Below are positions 13,205 to 25,265 of a stretch of 62,062 bases of DNA, one piece after another. Made by a program: the position numbers and the translations under genes. The number at the start of each line of letters is the position of its first letter. The stretch's first letter is position 1. Source of the DNA: Octopus bimaculoides (Eukaryota); the NCBI RefSeq assembly GCF_001194135.2, contig NC_068997.1, positions 47,829,845-47,891,906 on the forward strand, given 5' to 3'. The notes beneath the pieces are model-generated. The model searched no databases. It was not told the origin of the DNA and saw only the letters and a list, made by a program, of their open reading frames with translations.

Positions 13205-13565
13205 CAGGAAACCACTTTTCCATGCTTGCATGGGTTTGGATTTTATAGAGGTAGATTTTCTTCAGCCAGGTGCCTTTCCTGTCACCAACCCTCAACTGCA
13301 TTTAAATAAAGTCAATATTTCCCCATAGCCAGATACTTTTCCACAGAAGGCTGAGAATGAACATTGACAGCGATGCTCATTTCTAAGCTTCACATGTCAG
13401 TCATCTACACATACAATGATGGGCTTCTTTCAGTTTCCATCTACCAAATGTACTCAAGACTAGTTGACCTGAAGCTATTGTAGAAAACAATTGCTCAAGG
13501 TGTCACACTGGAATTGAACACAGAACCATGTGGGTGGAAAACTTATCACACAGTCATGCCTGTGT
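13205..13565 (-). mobile_element. Degenerate tRNA-derived SINE
   Basis: Reverse complement of 13480-13563 resembles the head of the intact SINE at 58096 (TGTGTG.TAAG...CACATGGTTC.GTGTTCAATTCC...CACCTTG.GCAA). Confidence 0.7.
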
Positions 13566-15130
13566 ATATAAAAATACACATCTGACTAGTGTACCAAACA
13601 TCCTCTTAATACACCAATACACTCAAGTGGACCAGACACCATCTTAATTTAAGAACATTAATTTCTTTGCCATGGGGAAACTAATTTCCCCATGACAAAA
13701 AAAAAAAACCAATGTAACTACATGTGCCATGGAGGACTTTTTCCTTCTTTGGATTTGTTTTCCTTTCCAATGAAGAGCTATACATGAAATGTCCAAACCT
13801 TACCAAAGATCAAACTAAAACATTTCATTTGCATGTCCTCTTATTTTTAATGTTCATTNNNNNNNNNNNNNNNNNNNNNNNNNNNNNNNNNNAAATGGTG
13901 CAAAAATAAATTCGCAAAATGATACAACTAAATCTCGAGAAAGAGAGAGAATGTGTGTTAAAGGAAGGGAAAGTAAAACAAGGTAGGGGAAGAGATGAGC
14001 ACCATGGTGAGTTATTAGAAAAAGTTATTTCCTCAGTATTAAGTAATGTACATTAGCAACCATACAGATGGTGTTAAGAAAATGGCCCAGGGTGAAAAAG
14101 CAAAGCAAGGATTTAGATTTCCATTTAGTAAATACAAAAAAAAAAAAACAATGGCAGTGAACTAAGAAGAAGCAGGTGATCAAAGGAAATCCTCAATGTA
14201 CTAAACAAGACAGGCATTAATTTTATCAATTATTGCAGTTAAAATGTATAAAAATGCTTTTAAGAATATGCCACCCTCACCATACAGAATTGTTACTAAT
14301 AATTAAAATGGTTTACGTCTAGAAAAATTAATTGCAATATGAAAGCAATTGATGGTATACTGATCATCTTTTTTGTAATGGTATCATTATGAACTCAAGT
14401 AAATCCAGTAAGTGCCTTTTTGGGATTTCTTCATATTTCCTTGGACATATGATAAAGTCAAATCCATCTTAGTTTCTTCAATGTCAAGAGGAAAATCTAT
14501 GATTTCCTATCATTGATTTATTCCCCATTGTGTGGAACTTCAACTACCTCATGGATACCTTATGCATTCATACATATAAAAGGGTCTTAACTGACTACTG
14601 TGCTGGTTCATAACAATCCCGATGCTGAACCATGAGGTATATCATTCAAACATTTGTACCACCTTTCTGCTGTTAACATTTCAGAAAAGTGTGGCCAGTC
14701 CTATACCAGTCCCGTCACCACTGAAAACAAGCCATCTGTGTGGGTAGTCTAACATTTATAATACTGGCTGCTGGATCCTCATACGAAACTGACAAGAAGA
14801 ATCCTTATATAATACGCCAAGATTTCAAATGTACAGAATACATGTACACCAAGTAGTAGTGCTGAAACAAATGCACATAGAAACCTGCATACATTCACAT
14901 TTTAGAGTGTTTGAGCATGTACGAGTACATTGCTGTCTAAGTGGTTAAAAGTTTGTTATTTGATGCATCAGATGCAGAGTTTGGCAGCATCCTTCAATGT
15001 GCTGATGTGGCAACTTCTCTTTTCTAAGAATCTATCACAAGCTGAATTGAATTGCTTTTGCAGCATAACAGTGTTAAACATTTCTGGTACATGTTAGAAG
15101 GTTCTATTTTTCTCCATTTATTCACATATG

Positions 15131-15492
15131 GAATAAGTTTTGAATGGTACAACAATGCACTGTAGTATGAAAAATGGACTATATACCTGTTGTAGCTTAG
15201 TTATCCATAGTGCAATAACATTTCGGAATACAATTCCTTCTTCAGATATTCTTAGGAGTTGCTGCTATAATCGGTTTTCCAATGGTTTCTTTTCTCGGAA
15301 GCATCTCAGCTGAGACACTTCCAAAATAAAGAAAAGCCGTTGGAAAACTGATTATAGCAGCGACTCCATCTAAGAATATCTGAAGGAATTGTATTCCGAA
15401 ATATCATCGCACTATGGATAACTAAACTATAACAGGCATCTAGTTCATTTTTCATATTATAGTGTATAGTTGTACCATTCAAAACTTTATTC
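15131..15492. repeat. Long loopless inverted repeat (fold-back), arms ~180 bp
   Basis: Centre TCTCAG|CTGAGA at 15309/15310. The reverse complement of the right arm aligns along the whole left arm, with mostly transition mismatches and small indels. Confidence 0.95.
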
Positions 15493-16854
15493 TCTACAAG
15501 CAATACACAATGCTTCAAGCGAACTACAATACTCTCCTTTCACATATGCTTTGAACTCCTAATCTAACAACCAATCCAAGGAAAGCTTGGTAACTTGGTT
15601 TCATATCCTAATATACAATGGATATTCACCTCTTAAATGTTCTGCTGATCTTGCTATTGATACACTGTCCATGTAAATGCATTGCACACTGTTTCTGTCA
15701 ATCTGCAGGAATTCATTGCCAATCAAAAGCAAGGTGGTATGCAGTGGTACTGAACTCAAGACTATGTAGTTGGGAAGCAAAATTGTCACCATTCAACCAC
15801 ACTGTGCCTATATATATAAATAGGCCACATGAAATAATGGTGGCAAGTAATAAAGAAAAAATATCAAGTGCTTCTGTACAGTTTCCTTCAATCATATTTA
15901 AGGCAATTGTAGAACAGTTGCCAAAGTGTTGTGCAGTGGTATCAAACCCAGAACCACGTAGTTGCAAATCAAACTTCTTAACTACACAACCATGTCTGCA
16001 TGGTAACATTTTTATTACATCTTGGATATTGTCATTGAAACTACTTTAGCAAACAGTTCAAGAACAAATTTTAGCTGAAAACATTTAACAAATTAACAAA
16101 AACTTGTACCAAAATCTACCATCTCTATGGTGCCGAGACTCAGAAGTATTGATAGAATCATAGGATTGATGCAACAGTTAATATGAGCAGTAGAAGATAG
16201 AAGAATCGGACAGTGACCAGACTTCAAGAGTTGGTGGTTACATATGAGGAGAGGAACGAGTACATGAAAAATACAAAACACTGACGTCATTGTAATAAAA
16301 GCTATTAAACTGAAGTAGCTTATAATTCAGAAACATGCAACCCACCATTTTTCTAGCTTTGCAGACAAGTGCAGGTCAGAATAACTGAAGAGTGAGCTTC
16401 TGGAGTCACCTGCCTTTTCTAAGAATACCAGCTAAACTTTTCTCTGGTTCACATTGCTATTTAAAAGTGCACATTGGATAATGTGTGAGTGGAAAGAAAA
16501 TGCTCAGGTGGAATTTCTGATTATAGGTTTGCACAATCAAGGCTCACCTAACAAAACCATCACCACATGGAATACAGCAGAAATTCTTCAGTACTGCATA
16601 CAATTGATGAAATTCCGTATACATTGTGTATAGAACTCTTATGGAGTTTATGGAGTTATACAATAGCTATAGGTAAGAGATGAGGCCAATCTTGGCAAAA
16701 CGGAAGAAACTGAACTACAATTTGAGATGTATCCATTGCATCATGGACATATTGTCGAAAAAGGTGCCCAGCATGGATGCTCCCATCTTGAGGAAGCCTC
16801 TCGACCAAACTAGCTGAGCCTGCATTACCCGAGTGGAGTTTATTTTTATTTTGT

Positions 16855-17025
16855 TTCAGTCATTTGACTGGCTACAATGGAGCACCACCTTTACTCGAAC
16901 AAATCAACCCCAGGACATTCTTTGTAAGCCTAGTACTTATTCTATTGGTCTCTTTTGCCAAACTGCTAAGTTACGGAGACAAACACCAGCATTGCTTGTC
17001 AAGCAATGGTAGTGGGGAGAAACAA

Positions 17026-17035
<10 letters not shown>
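16855..17035 (-). mobile_element. SINE 3' tail fragment
   Basis: Reverse complement of the tail seen at 58330-58520 and 60530-60730 (CAGTCATTTGACTG...GAGCACC...CTAAGTTACGG.GAC). Confidence 0.75.
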
Positions 17036-17057
<22 letters not shown>

Positions 17058-17059
17058 TC

Positions 17060-17470
17060 TACCTTCTTTCATTCTGGATTTATTCATTCTGGACTGCTTT
17101 TATTCTGAACTCTACACTCTCCAGCTGCACCTCTCCTACCCATGGATTACACTGGGCCTATCTACTGATTTGAAATCGCCGCAATATACCATGGCGTCTA
17201 AAACTTTTGAACTTTTCCACTTATGTAAACCTCCTTTATTACTTTTATCATTTTTGTGAATTTTCTGTCTGGCAGTCGCCATGATAGATCGCTGACCACT
17301 ACATTTAAATTTTTTTCTCTATATTTCTCTCTGTCGAAGAGCGTAGCTCGAAACGTTAAAGACTTTCTATTCCCGACCGTTAAACTAATACATCCTTATA
17401 TGGTTTACACCACCTGTCCTCGTCTGTTGTTGTTTTCGTAAATTCTCCCATATACATATATATATACGAC
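17060..17470 (+). mobile_element. Penelope-like 3' UTR/pLTR remnant with a decayed minimal hammerhead motif
   Basis: CTGTCGA-A-GAG-CGTAG-CTC-GAAA-CGTT at 17331-17357 (hammerhead core with one substitution). The C/T-rich upstream sequence resembles the tail after the GIY-YIG fragment at ~29830. Confidence 0.5.
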
Positions 17471-17477
17471 AAGGCTA

Positions 17478-17628
17478 TAGTAGAAGCTGTGGTATGACGT
17501 CAGTGTCTGGGGAGGCTGACCGGAAGGGCGAGTCGACCGGAAGAGGAAACAGGGCAGAGGGAGCCTCGATCGACGTTCGTGCCCTTTTTCGAACGGGGCT
17601 GCGGTCAGGACAAGACGTGTTAAGCGAC
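17478..17628. mobile_element. Young CpG-rich repeat fragment truncated by an assembly gap; class unknown
   Basis: GC- and CpG-rich island inside otherwise CpG-depleted DNA, ending at the N-run that starts at 17629. Confidence 0.35.
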
Positions 17629-18119
17629 NNNNNNNNNNNNNNNNNNNNNNNNNNNNNNNNNNNNNNNNNNNNNNNNNNNNNNNNNNNNNNNNNNNNNNNN
17701 NNNNNNNNNNNNNNNNNNNNNNNNNNNNNNNNNNNNNNNNNNNNNNNNNNNNNNNNNNNNNNNNNNNNNNNNNNNNNNNNNNNNNNNNNNNNNNNNNNNN
17801 NNNNNNNNNNNNNNNNNNNNNNNNNNNNNNNNNNNNNNNNNNNNNNNNNNNNNNNNNNNNNNNNNNNNNNNNNNNNNNNNNNNNNNNNNNNNNNNNNNNN
17901 NNNNNNNNNNNNNNNNNNNNNNNNNNNNNNNNNNNNNNNNNNNNNNNNNNNNNNNNNNNNNNNNNNNNNNNNNNNNNTATATATATTTTTTCTTTTACCT
18001 TGCATTTTTGCAAGTTTTGCACCAAATAAAGCAACAATGAATCACTTTCATTCTTTACATTTATGGAATGCTCATACTTATGTTCGACAGTTGAAGGCAT
18101 GCAATTCAAAATTTGTTGA

Positions 18120-18540
18120 TTGTTGCTGGTTTCGTGGTTTTTAAACAGGTCTACTGTCTTACAGCAGTTTGTTGACGCTTTCCCCTTCTTCGAAGCAGGT
18201 AGCAGTGTTTCCCTTTCTTCAAAGGGGGTAGCACAGGTGTCAAAGATGGTGAATGAAAACCTCAGCTTCACAGAGCTTACGTCTTCCACGGAGGAACTAC
18301 CGAGGGCAGTGAATACAATGGCGGAACAAATAGAGGAAAGAAATCTTGCAGCTGTGACCAAGAGCCACAGCAACGAAATTGAATAATTGGAACTAAGCAA
18401 ATATAAGAACATGCTTCTTAGGGAGGGGTGCTATGTAAAGGTGTTCCTTCCCAAAGAAGTGTTAAAAGCAACCGAAGAGAGAACTATCATATACAGGACA
18501 TACTCTGTAAAAAAAGAAAATAGATCACAAGTCAGTAAGG
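18120..18540 (+). mobile_element. ORF1/Gag-like orphan element, copy B1 (5' part only)
   Basis: Peptide EERNLAAVTKSHSNEIE...LREGCYVKVFLPKEVLKATEERTIIYRTY is homologous to copies A, B2 and C. Confidence 0.65.
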
Positions 18541-18544
18541 TTAA

Positions 18545-20050
18545 TTGCTGTGTCGTTTGACATCTGTTTTTGCTGCCTCACGATAGTTTTGATGACGTGT
18601 TCCCCCTTGGTTGAAGGGAATAGCACAGTATCTAAAAAAGATGGAATATGAAAGGTTGAGTTCGTCCAGACGAATTACTCGAAGCAATTGTTGAGATTGA
18701 CAAGGAGGAAAGAATGAATTTTGTGGTGGTGGCCAAAAGCCGCAACAAGGAGGTGAGTACGAGGAGCCGGACAACTCATAGGGAGGAGCACGACGTAAAT
18801 GTATCCCCTCCCCAAGAAGTATTACAAGGGGCCAAAAGTAGAATGATAACCTACAAAACTTATTATGTCAAGGCCCAGAGAACTAATGACGGACGGGAAA
18901 AATGAAAAGGCACTAAAACCTATCAGGAAGTTTCCCACCTGGCCAGAGGGAAAAAATTCGGAATGATAGAATTGCGGTTCTGGGATGAAACCACAGCCAG
19001 GTAAACACTCCTGAAAATGGATGAGGTAATTCTTCTACCCATATGCCTTGGAAGGCATGCTTCTAGGGTGAGAGTAGAAGATATACCCCCAAGATAAATG
19101 TGGCCTGGCTGGTAGCAGCAATATTGCTGGGCATGGAGGATAAGCTAGCGGTCCTCCAAGTCACGAGCAATGCTCACAAGAATTGGCAGGGACAGACTGA
19201 CCCCGAATATGGTGATTCAGGCAAAGAGATGGTAGAAACAATAATTTTCGACGATATAACGCTCAGGGTTTAGAGTGGAGGGTAGGACCCTTGTTAATAC
19301 AAATTGACCAAAAAGGCCACATTAGCACCTCCAAGAAGCACCAGTGTTTGTATAAAAAGAAACCACACCTCCACCAACGGCGATGGTCAAATGAAGTGCA
19401 AATGAAAGAAACCTAACCAAGGGCTGATGGGAAATTGGAAGGAACAGCAGAAAAGGGGAAAAAGATACAAACTGAACGAAGACCCCCATTCCACACCCAC
19501 TCAACTCCTGCCCGAGCCCACTTCGTCCCACCCTTCCCTTTCAGGCCCCAAATCTCACCCTGCCTCACCTGACATTAACAGAATGAACACATGCATACAG
19601 GAGCCCCAAATTCCCCAGCTCCCAAGCTGTGAAGAAAAAAGGGCATAGTGCTTTACAATGCACAGAATGGCAAATTGCTTCAAAAGGTGAACAGCTGGAC
19701 GAAACGAATAGAAGTAGTTACTTCAGGCTGTAAAGAGGTGCCCCCACGCTATAAGTGTGTTATAGTGGACAATATACATAGTGGGACTGAAAGACTATGG
19801 AAGCAATGGGTTGCACTGGCAGAAAAGAATTGACACCAGGTATCAGCCAATGGTGGTGAGTCAAAGATCTTATCAATGATTATAGACATTTTTAAAAGTT
19901 ATAAGTGAAACAAGGTAAATGGAGTCGCCCGGATGTAGTGATGAGCAGCTTCATTTCATTTTATCCAATTCATTCATTTTGATCCGTTTGTGCCCCCACT
20001 TTGTTTTTGTCTTGGTGCTCTATATTCACTCCTTGTGGGTAATAAAAAAA
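18545..20050 (+). mobile_element. ORF1/Gag-like orphan element, copy B2 (most complete; degenerate zinc knuckle, no RT or endonuclease)
   Basis: Peptides FVVVAKSRNKEV, PQEVLQGAKSRMITYKTY and EVILLPICLGRHASRVRVEDI. A frameshifted VEGRT-C..K.DQKGHI knuckle lies at ~19275-19335, then a K/P-rich tract and IVLYNAQNG. Ends in AATAAAAAAAA at ~20041. Confidence 0.65.
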
Positions 20051-20199
20051 ATCATGGATTACATACTGAAGAGACAAGGAATTATGGGACCTCTATCTAC
20101 ACACAGCCATTACAGATTCTTACAAAAGGGTTTTACCATGGATTTATATTTTCAAAATTTTTAGCCAAAATTTTTGCCAATACATCTATACCAATAACT

Positions 20200-21720
20200 T
20201 TCTAAACACCTTTATCATTCGATTTACTACACTGAAATTCATCCTTTTATCTGACGAGTGGATATACTTCCTAATAATGGATATCAACTTAGGATTTCAT
20301 TTTGAAAGATAGTATATTCACGAATCAATCGTAAGATCTCTCAAATCTAAATAATAGTTATACTTTAAACATTTATTAATACAATATTGTTTATATTATG
20401 GAGGTATCTGATTTTTTATATAATTTTTCCTACTTTTAGATATTTCTCAAAAAATGAAATCTAGTACACTTTATTCTCAGAAGATATATTTTTGGGTGAT
20501 CAGATGAAAAACTTTATAAACAGAATTAAATGGAAGGCTCACTACCACAATAATCATAATACTAACATCATGGAAGATACTGACTACATAAGAAACGTCA
20601 AATCTAAACAGGAACCTCCCAATAATAGAACTCTACATGACTTCGAGGAGAAAATAGGGAATATGGTGAAAAATATCAAATTTAAGAAGTACTCTGACAG
20701 ACACAACAAGCACCTCAGTAACTTTGCTAGAAAAATTGATAAAGAACCAGGATGGAATTCTAGTTCAAACTGATAAGACCAGGAACTTAGACTTTACACA
20801 CTATTTAAATAATATCAACAATCTCCAGAAACATCATGTCCCGATGTATCCAAGAAAAACAATTAAAGACCATAAAGAATTTTTATTCTAACCCTCAAGT
20901 AAGGCTGATCTGCCCTAGCAAGTCAGACAGGCAGACTTAGTAAATTAATATTAAATATATAGATAAATCAAATAGGTTAGGTAATCTTAAACTCTAGAAT
21001 TGCACCCGTGACACTATCAAATGGTTTAATAATATTCAAGATGAAAATAGATGTCAATTCCTTCAAAATGATATAGAAAATTATTATTTACCTATCAATG
21101 AAGTGGTTCTAAATAAGGCCCCATCATATGCCCTGAGAAAAGTAAATATGTTATTCGAAGAAGTTATAGTATTGGCCGCTAGGACATCTATCATAAAATA
21201 TAAAAATTATGGGCAAGAAAAGACAAGAGATTGTTTTGATATACCCATGGGCGCCCCTAATTCTGCCTAAGTTACCGATCTTGTTGAATTATATCTCATC
21301 TGAACTATAGAGATAGAATTTATGAATATCGAGGGCGGTCTTTATAGGGATGACCTACTACTTGTAACTAGGAACTGTACTAGTAGGTCTTTAGAATGCC
21401 TTAAGAAATTGTAAAAGTTCTTTAAGAATTTTGACGTAGGTATATCTATAGAGAATAAACACTATGTTGAAAATTACCTAGACGTCAACCTTAAACTTCT
21501 AATAAAATCCATCCATCCATTCCATAAGTTAAATGAAAATTTAACGAATATTAGTTCTCTCAGTAACCATCCTAGATCAGTTAAAGAAGCCTTAACAGAT
21601 AATATAGGCAAAATAATATCTATGCTATCATCTGATTATGACAGACATGCCCCATATTATAAGGCAGTTAAAGAAGCAGGATATAACTAATAAAATTCTT
21701 TAATTATTACGAAGGCCTTA
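20200..21720 (+). mobile_element. Penelope-like element RT remnant
   Basis: KNFINRIKWKAHY, LVQTDKTRN, FDIPMGAPNSA, GGLYRDDLL (RDD catalytic motif), NYLDVNL and SNHP occur in the correct order, with many stops and frameshifts. Confidence 0.85.
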
Positions 21721-21950
21721 ATAATACGAGTAATCCTAATACTCACACTAACAGCAAAAATATCAATAAAAGACAATAGGAAACTAGATAAAGTTTTAAA
21801 TATTTAATGATTACATTAATAACTGTAGTAGCTATGAGAATATGATCAATAATAAATATAATACTTTATACATTATAATTAAGGAAACACTAAAAATTGT
21901 AAAGTTGTCTTAAAAAGGACAACATTTATTCTAATATATTTTCCACTAAA

Positions 21951-22695
21951 ACCATGGTCAATACAACGATCACACACTACACCGTGGTCATAATGATTAT
22001 ATACTACACACCTTCCTTTCAAGCACTGTTGTAAACAACGATCCCACACTACATCGTGGTCATTACGACGATCACACTACACCGTGGTCATTAAGACGAT
22101 CACACACTACATCGTGGTCATTATAACGATCATATACTACACATCTCNNNNNNNNNNNNNNNNNNNNNNNNNNNNNNNNNNNNNNNNNNNNNNNNNNNNN
22201 NNNNNNNNNNNNNNNNNNNNNNNNNNNNNNNNNNNNNNNNNNNNNNNNNNNNNNNNNNNNNNNNNNNNNNNNNNNNNNNNNNNNNNNNNNNNNNNNNNNN
22301 NNNNNNNNNNNNNNNNNNNNNNNNNNNNNNNNNNNNNNNNNNNNNNNNNNNNNNNNNNNNNNNNNNNNNNNNNNNNNNNNNNNNNNNNNNNNNNNNNNNN
22401 NNNNNNNNNNNNNNNNNNNNNNNNNNNNNNNNNNNNNNNNNNNNNNNNNNNNNNNNNNNNNNNNNNNNNNNNNNNNNNNNNNNNNNNNNNNNNNNNNNNN
22501 NNNNNNNNNNNNNNNNNNNNNNGTGGTCATTATAACGATCACACACTACATCGTGGTCATTATAACGATCACACACTACATCGTGGTCATTATAACGATC
22601 ACACACTACATCGTGGTCATTATAACGATCACACACTACATCGTGGTCATTATAACGATCATATACTACACATCTCCCTTTCAAACTGCTGTAAA
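21951..22695. repeat. 30-bp minisatellite (CGTGGTCATTATAACGATCACACACTACAT)n spanning a gap
   Basis: Near-perfect head-to-tail copies at 22523-22670 and diverged copies at 21951-22147, with no spacers. Confidence 0.95.
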
Positions 22696-23679
22696 CAGAA
22701 GTGAGCTAGAATGTTACAGAGTTTAAGGCCAATCTGTACCCAAGCAGCTTTACTCTGCATGCTTTAGCTTTGTTACTATGGCTACAGTATGGATACTTAT
22801 TGATCAGACCACGTACAACAGTATATAAACTGTACAATGAATTACAAGTTCTGAGTGTGACCAAGGATGGTGGTGGCTCAACCGTCTGCTGTACGTTGCT
22901 TTCAGTCAGGATGTCACAGCAGATATTCTGACCCTCATACCATCACTCCTTTGTTCAAATCATTGGTACAAGATCCACATACTTTCTAATCACTATGCCA
23001 GCACCATTGTTTCTGCCCACCCCATCTTATCCCATATGTATTCATGGTTACATTGTACCACTTAGTTCACTATCATCACCCCTACCATCCTCTGTCATGA
23101 TCCTGTGTCAATGTCCCTACATTTATTCCTTCTGCAACCTCCACACACCCTGGGCTTGTCATTGCTATCCTCTACATGATTTGTTACCTCCCTGATGTTG
23201 CCTCAATATATATGTTGCCTTGAATATATATATGCACCTATCTTAGAACACCATCTACCATCCTCCCCTATCACATTTCCTTTAATCACTACCATTCATG
23301 CTTCTCTATAAAGAGACTGTAAAACATGTAGAGATATTTGGTTGTGATGACCCTCTAATCAGGGATGGTGTCATGAAAATTGCACCTAGTACACCAAAGT
23401 TAATGGTGCTAGAAAGGATATCAAGCCATAGAAACCAAGCCAAAATAGAAAATATAAGGAGGTCTATCTGACCAACCAAATATAAGTCACTGGCTGGGGC
23501 AATTTGTCCAACCCATACCAGCATAGAAAGATGTAAAATGTAATTATATTAATAAGTACCCTCACTCACACACTAATAAGCATTATCTTGCCATTAAAAA
23601 TGGCTTACAATTACCTCATTTCTGGTGAGTTTCTGAAGAAGGTGAAGAGTGCTTGTGGAAACAAGAGCTCGTGCAAGAC

Positions 23680-24140
23680 TTACCAGTGGAAGCAGAGATG
23701 GTAGATCGTAAATGAGACATGAAGACTACACTATTACCAAAGTCCCTTCAAGAAAGAATGGCACTATGTGCAAATCTGTGAAAGATCAGGAAGGCAGAAC
23801 AACCAGAAGTGAAACAGAACAGAGCAAGTATTGGCTGGAGAACGTCTATCTTGAATGGAATACCTGAGGATGATACATTGGATATCCCTCCAACTGAAGA
23901 GTTGTTACTAGGGAACACGAGTCCACTTACAAAGGCTGAGATCAGCAAAGCCATTGCATCTCTCAGGAATAGTAAAGCTCTGGGTGCAGGCATTATCACA
24001 GTAGAGGCACAGCTGCTGATATGCTGCATCCACTACAACAAAAACCTTGGCATCAAGAACAAATCCCCTCAGAATGGAAAAAGGGATACCTGTTTAACCT
24101 AAGAAACCATCTACAACAACTGGCAGGGAATCATACTATC
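23680..24140 (+). pseudogene. RTE-clade LINE ORF fragment (linker and RT N-terminus)
   Basis: KSVKDQEGRTTRSETEQ..., PLTKAEISKAIASLRNSKALGAGIITVE (RTE EI..AI..LKN.KA.G.D.I..E motif) and NWQGIIL. Confidence 0.8.
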
Positions 24141-24289
24141 AGCCCAGTATTTGCCACAAATTTGAACAATATACCCCAGACCTTTGAAGCATGATTATCT
24201 CTGGAATAATATTACAATTAGCCATCATTAAAGTCATCAGCAACTGTTTCAAAAAGTCAGTACTTGACCAATTTTATGCAAATCATCCA

Positions 24290-25060
24290 AGAATGGAGGT
24301 TTTAACAAGATGCCACATTTATTGGCCAAGACTTGACAAAGAACTCAGAATTACCTATTAATATAAGCACCATGGTCTAGAGCAGTGCTACTCAAAGTGG
24401 TGGTCCACAGACCGGTGCCAGTCCGTGAGCCATCAGCTTCCAGTATGCAGTGAGTTTCCAGGAAAAAAATACAAAATGCTTATGTAATATTGTATTATTT
24501 GTTTACAAAAATAAGATACAAAAAATTTGTCAACTTATATTGCTTCCGGTATAAATTAATATTACTAATAAATATTACCGGTCCCTGTCACATTGGGGTG
24601 GGGGGGAAACTGCTCATAAGCCACAGTTTGAGAAATACTGGTCTAGAGTAGATTTTGCAGGACCTCATAGGGCAACTACTTTATTATGGTTGAAATATTA
24701 TCTAAATGGCTGGAGGTCATCATTATGAGTCAAACTACAAATTTAGCCACTTTACAAAAGGTTCGTCAAGTTCTTTCAAGTTTTAGTATTTGATAATGGT
24801 CCATAGTTCACCCTAGTATTCACAAAATTTAAGAAAAATGGTATCAATCATAAGAGCTCCATATTTGTCCTCTACCCAATAAGCTAGATTTGTGAATTAC
24901 CCTTTAGCGTTCATTACACAAAACTGAAGGGAGTGATAAGATATAAGAAAATTTGCAACTAATGAATTACAGAACATTAAATGCTGCTGCACCTGGGGCA
25001 AGTCACCAGCAGAAATGCTTCAGAGAAAAGTCCATAGTGTCTTAGATATGAAACCCAGAA
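24290..25060 (+). pseudogene. Gypsy/Ty3 integrase core remnant interrupted by a MITE
   Basis: YWPRLDKE before the MITE. After it: VDFAGP...SKWLEV...FDNGP.FT...KKNGINH, matching the Gypsy integrase DFAGP/SKWPEV/SDNGPQFT/NGIKH motifs. Confidence 0.8.
24383..24640. mobile_element. hAT (Charlie/Buster-like) MITE, 258 bp
   Basis: Imperfect TIRs CAGTGCTACTCAAA / TTTGAGAAATACTG. Perfect 8-bp TSD GTCTAGAG at 24375-24382 and 24641-24648, fitting the NTCTAGAN target preference of this group. Confidence 0.92.
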
Positions 25061-25156
25061 ATGTAAAATCATTTGAAATTAACTAAGTATACCAAGGTAC
25101 AGGTGGGAAGGTCTAGTATATGTACTTGAGACTCGACCAGGTCATCCCAAGTGGCA

Positions 25157-25265
25157 AATGATGCTGTGTTGAAGGCAGTCAGACATGTGGGCAACAATGT
25201 GTTGAAAACAGCCAGACATGTGGGTAACAGGATGCTGTGTTGAAAGTAGCCACATGTGTGGGCAG
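25157..25265. repeat. Three diverged ~35-bp tandem units (GATGCTGTGTTGAA..CAG.CAGACATGTGGG)
   Basis: Visible repetition of TGTGTTGAA and ACATGTGGG. Confidence 0.75.

Noticed and set aside
15618-16049. 143-aa ORF as a gene
   Set aside because: It is composed largely of reverse SINE-head fragments and has no recognisable domain.
20251-20280. CTGACGAGTGGA upstream of the Penelope ORF as a hammerhead
   Set aside because: The position is suggestive, but no GAAA follows the putative stem II.
21951-22695. CRISPR-like array of 30-bp repeats
   Set aside because: The repeats are contiguous with no unique spacers, there are no cas genes, and the context is eukaryotic.
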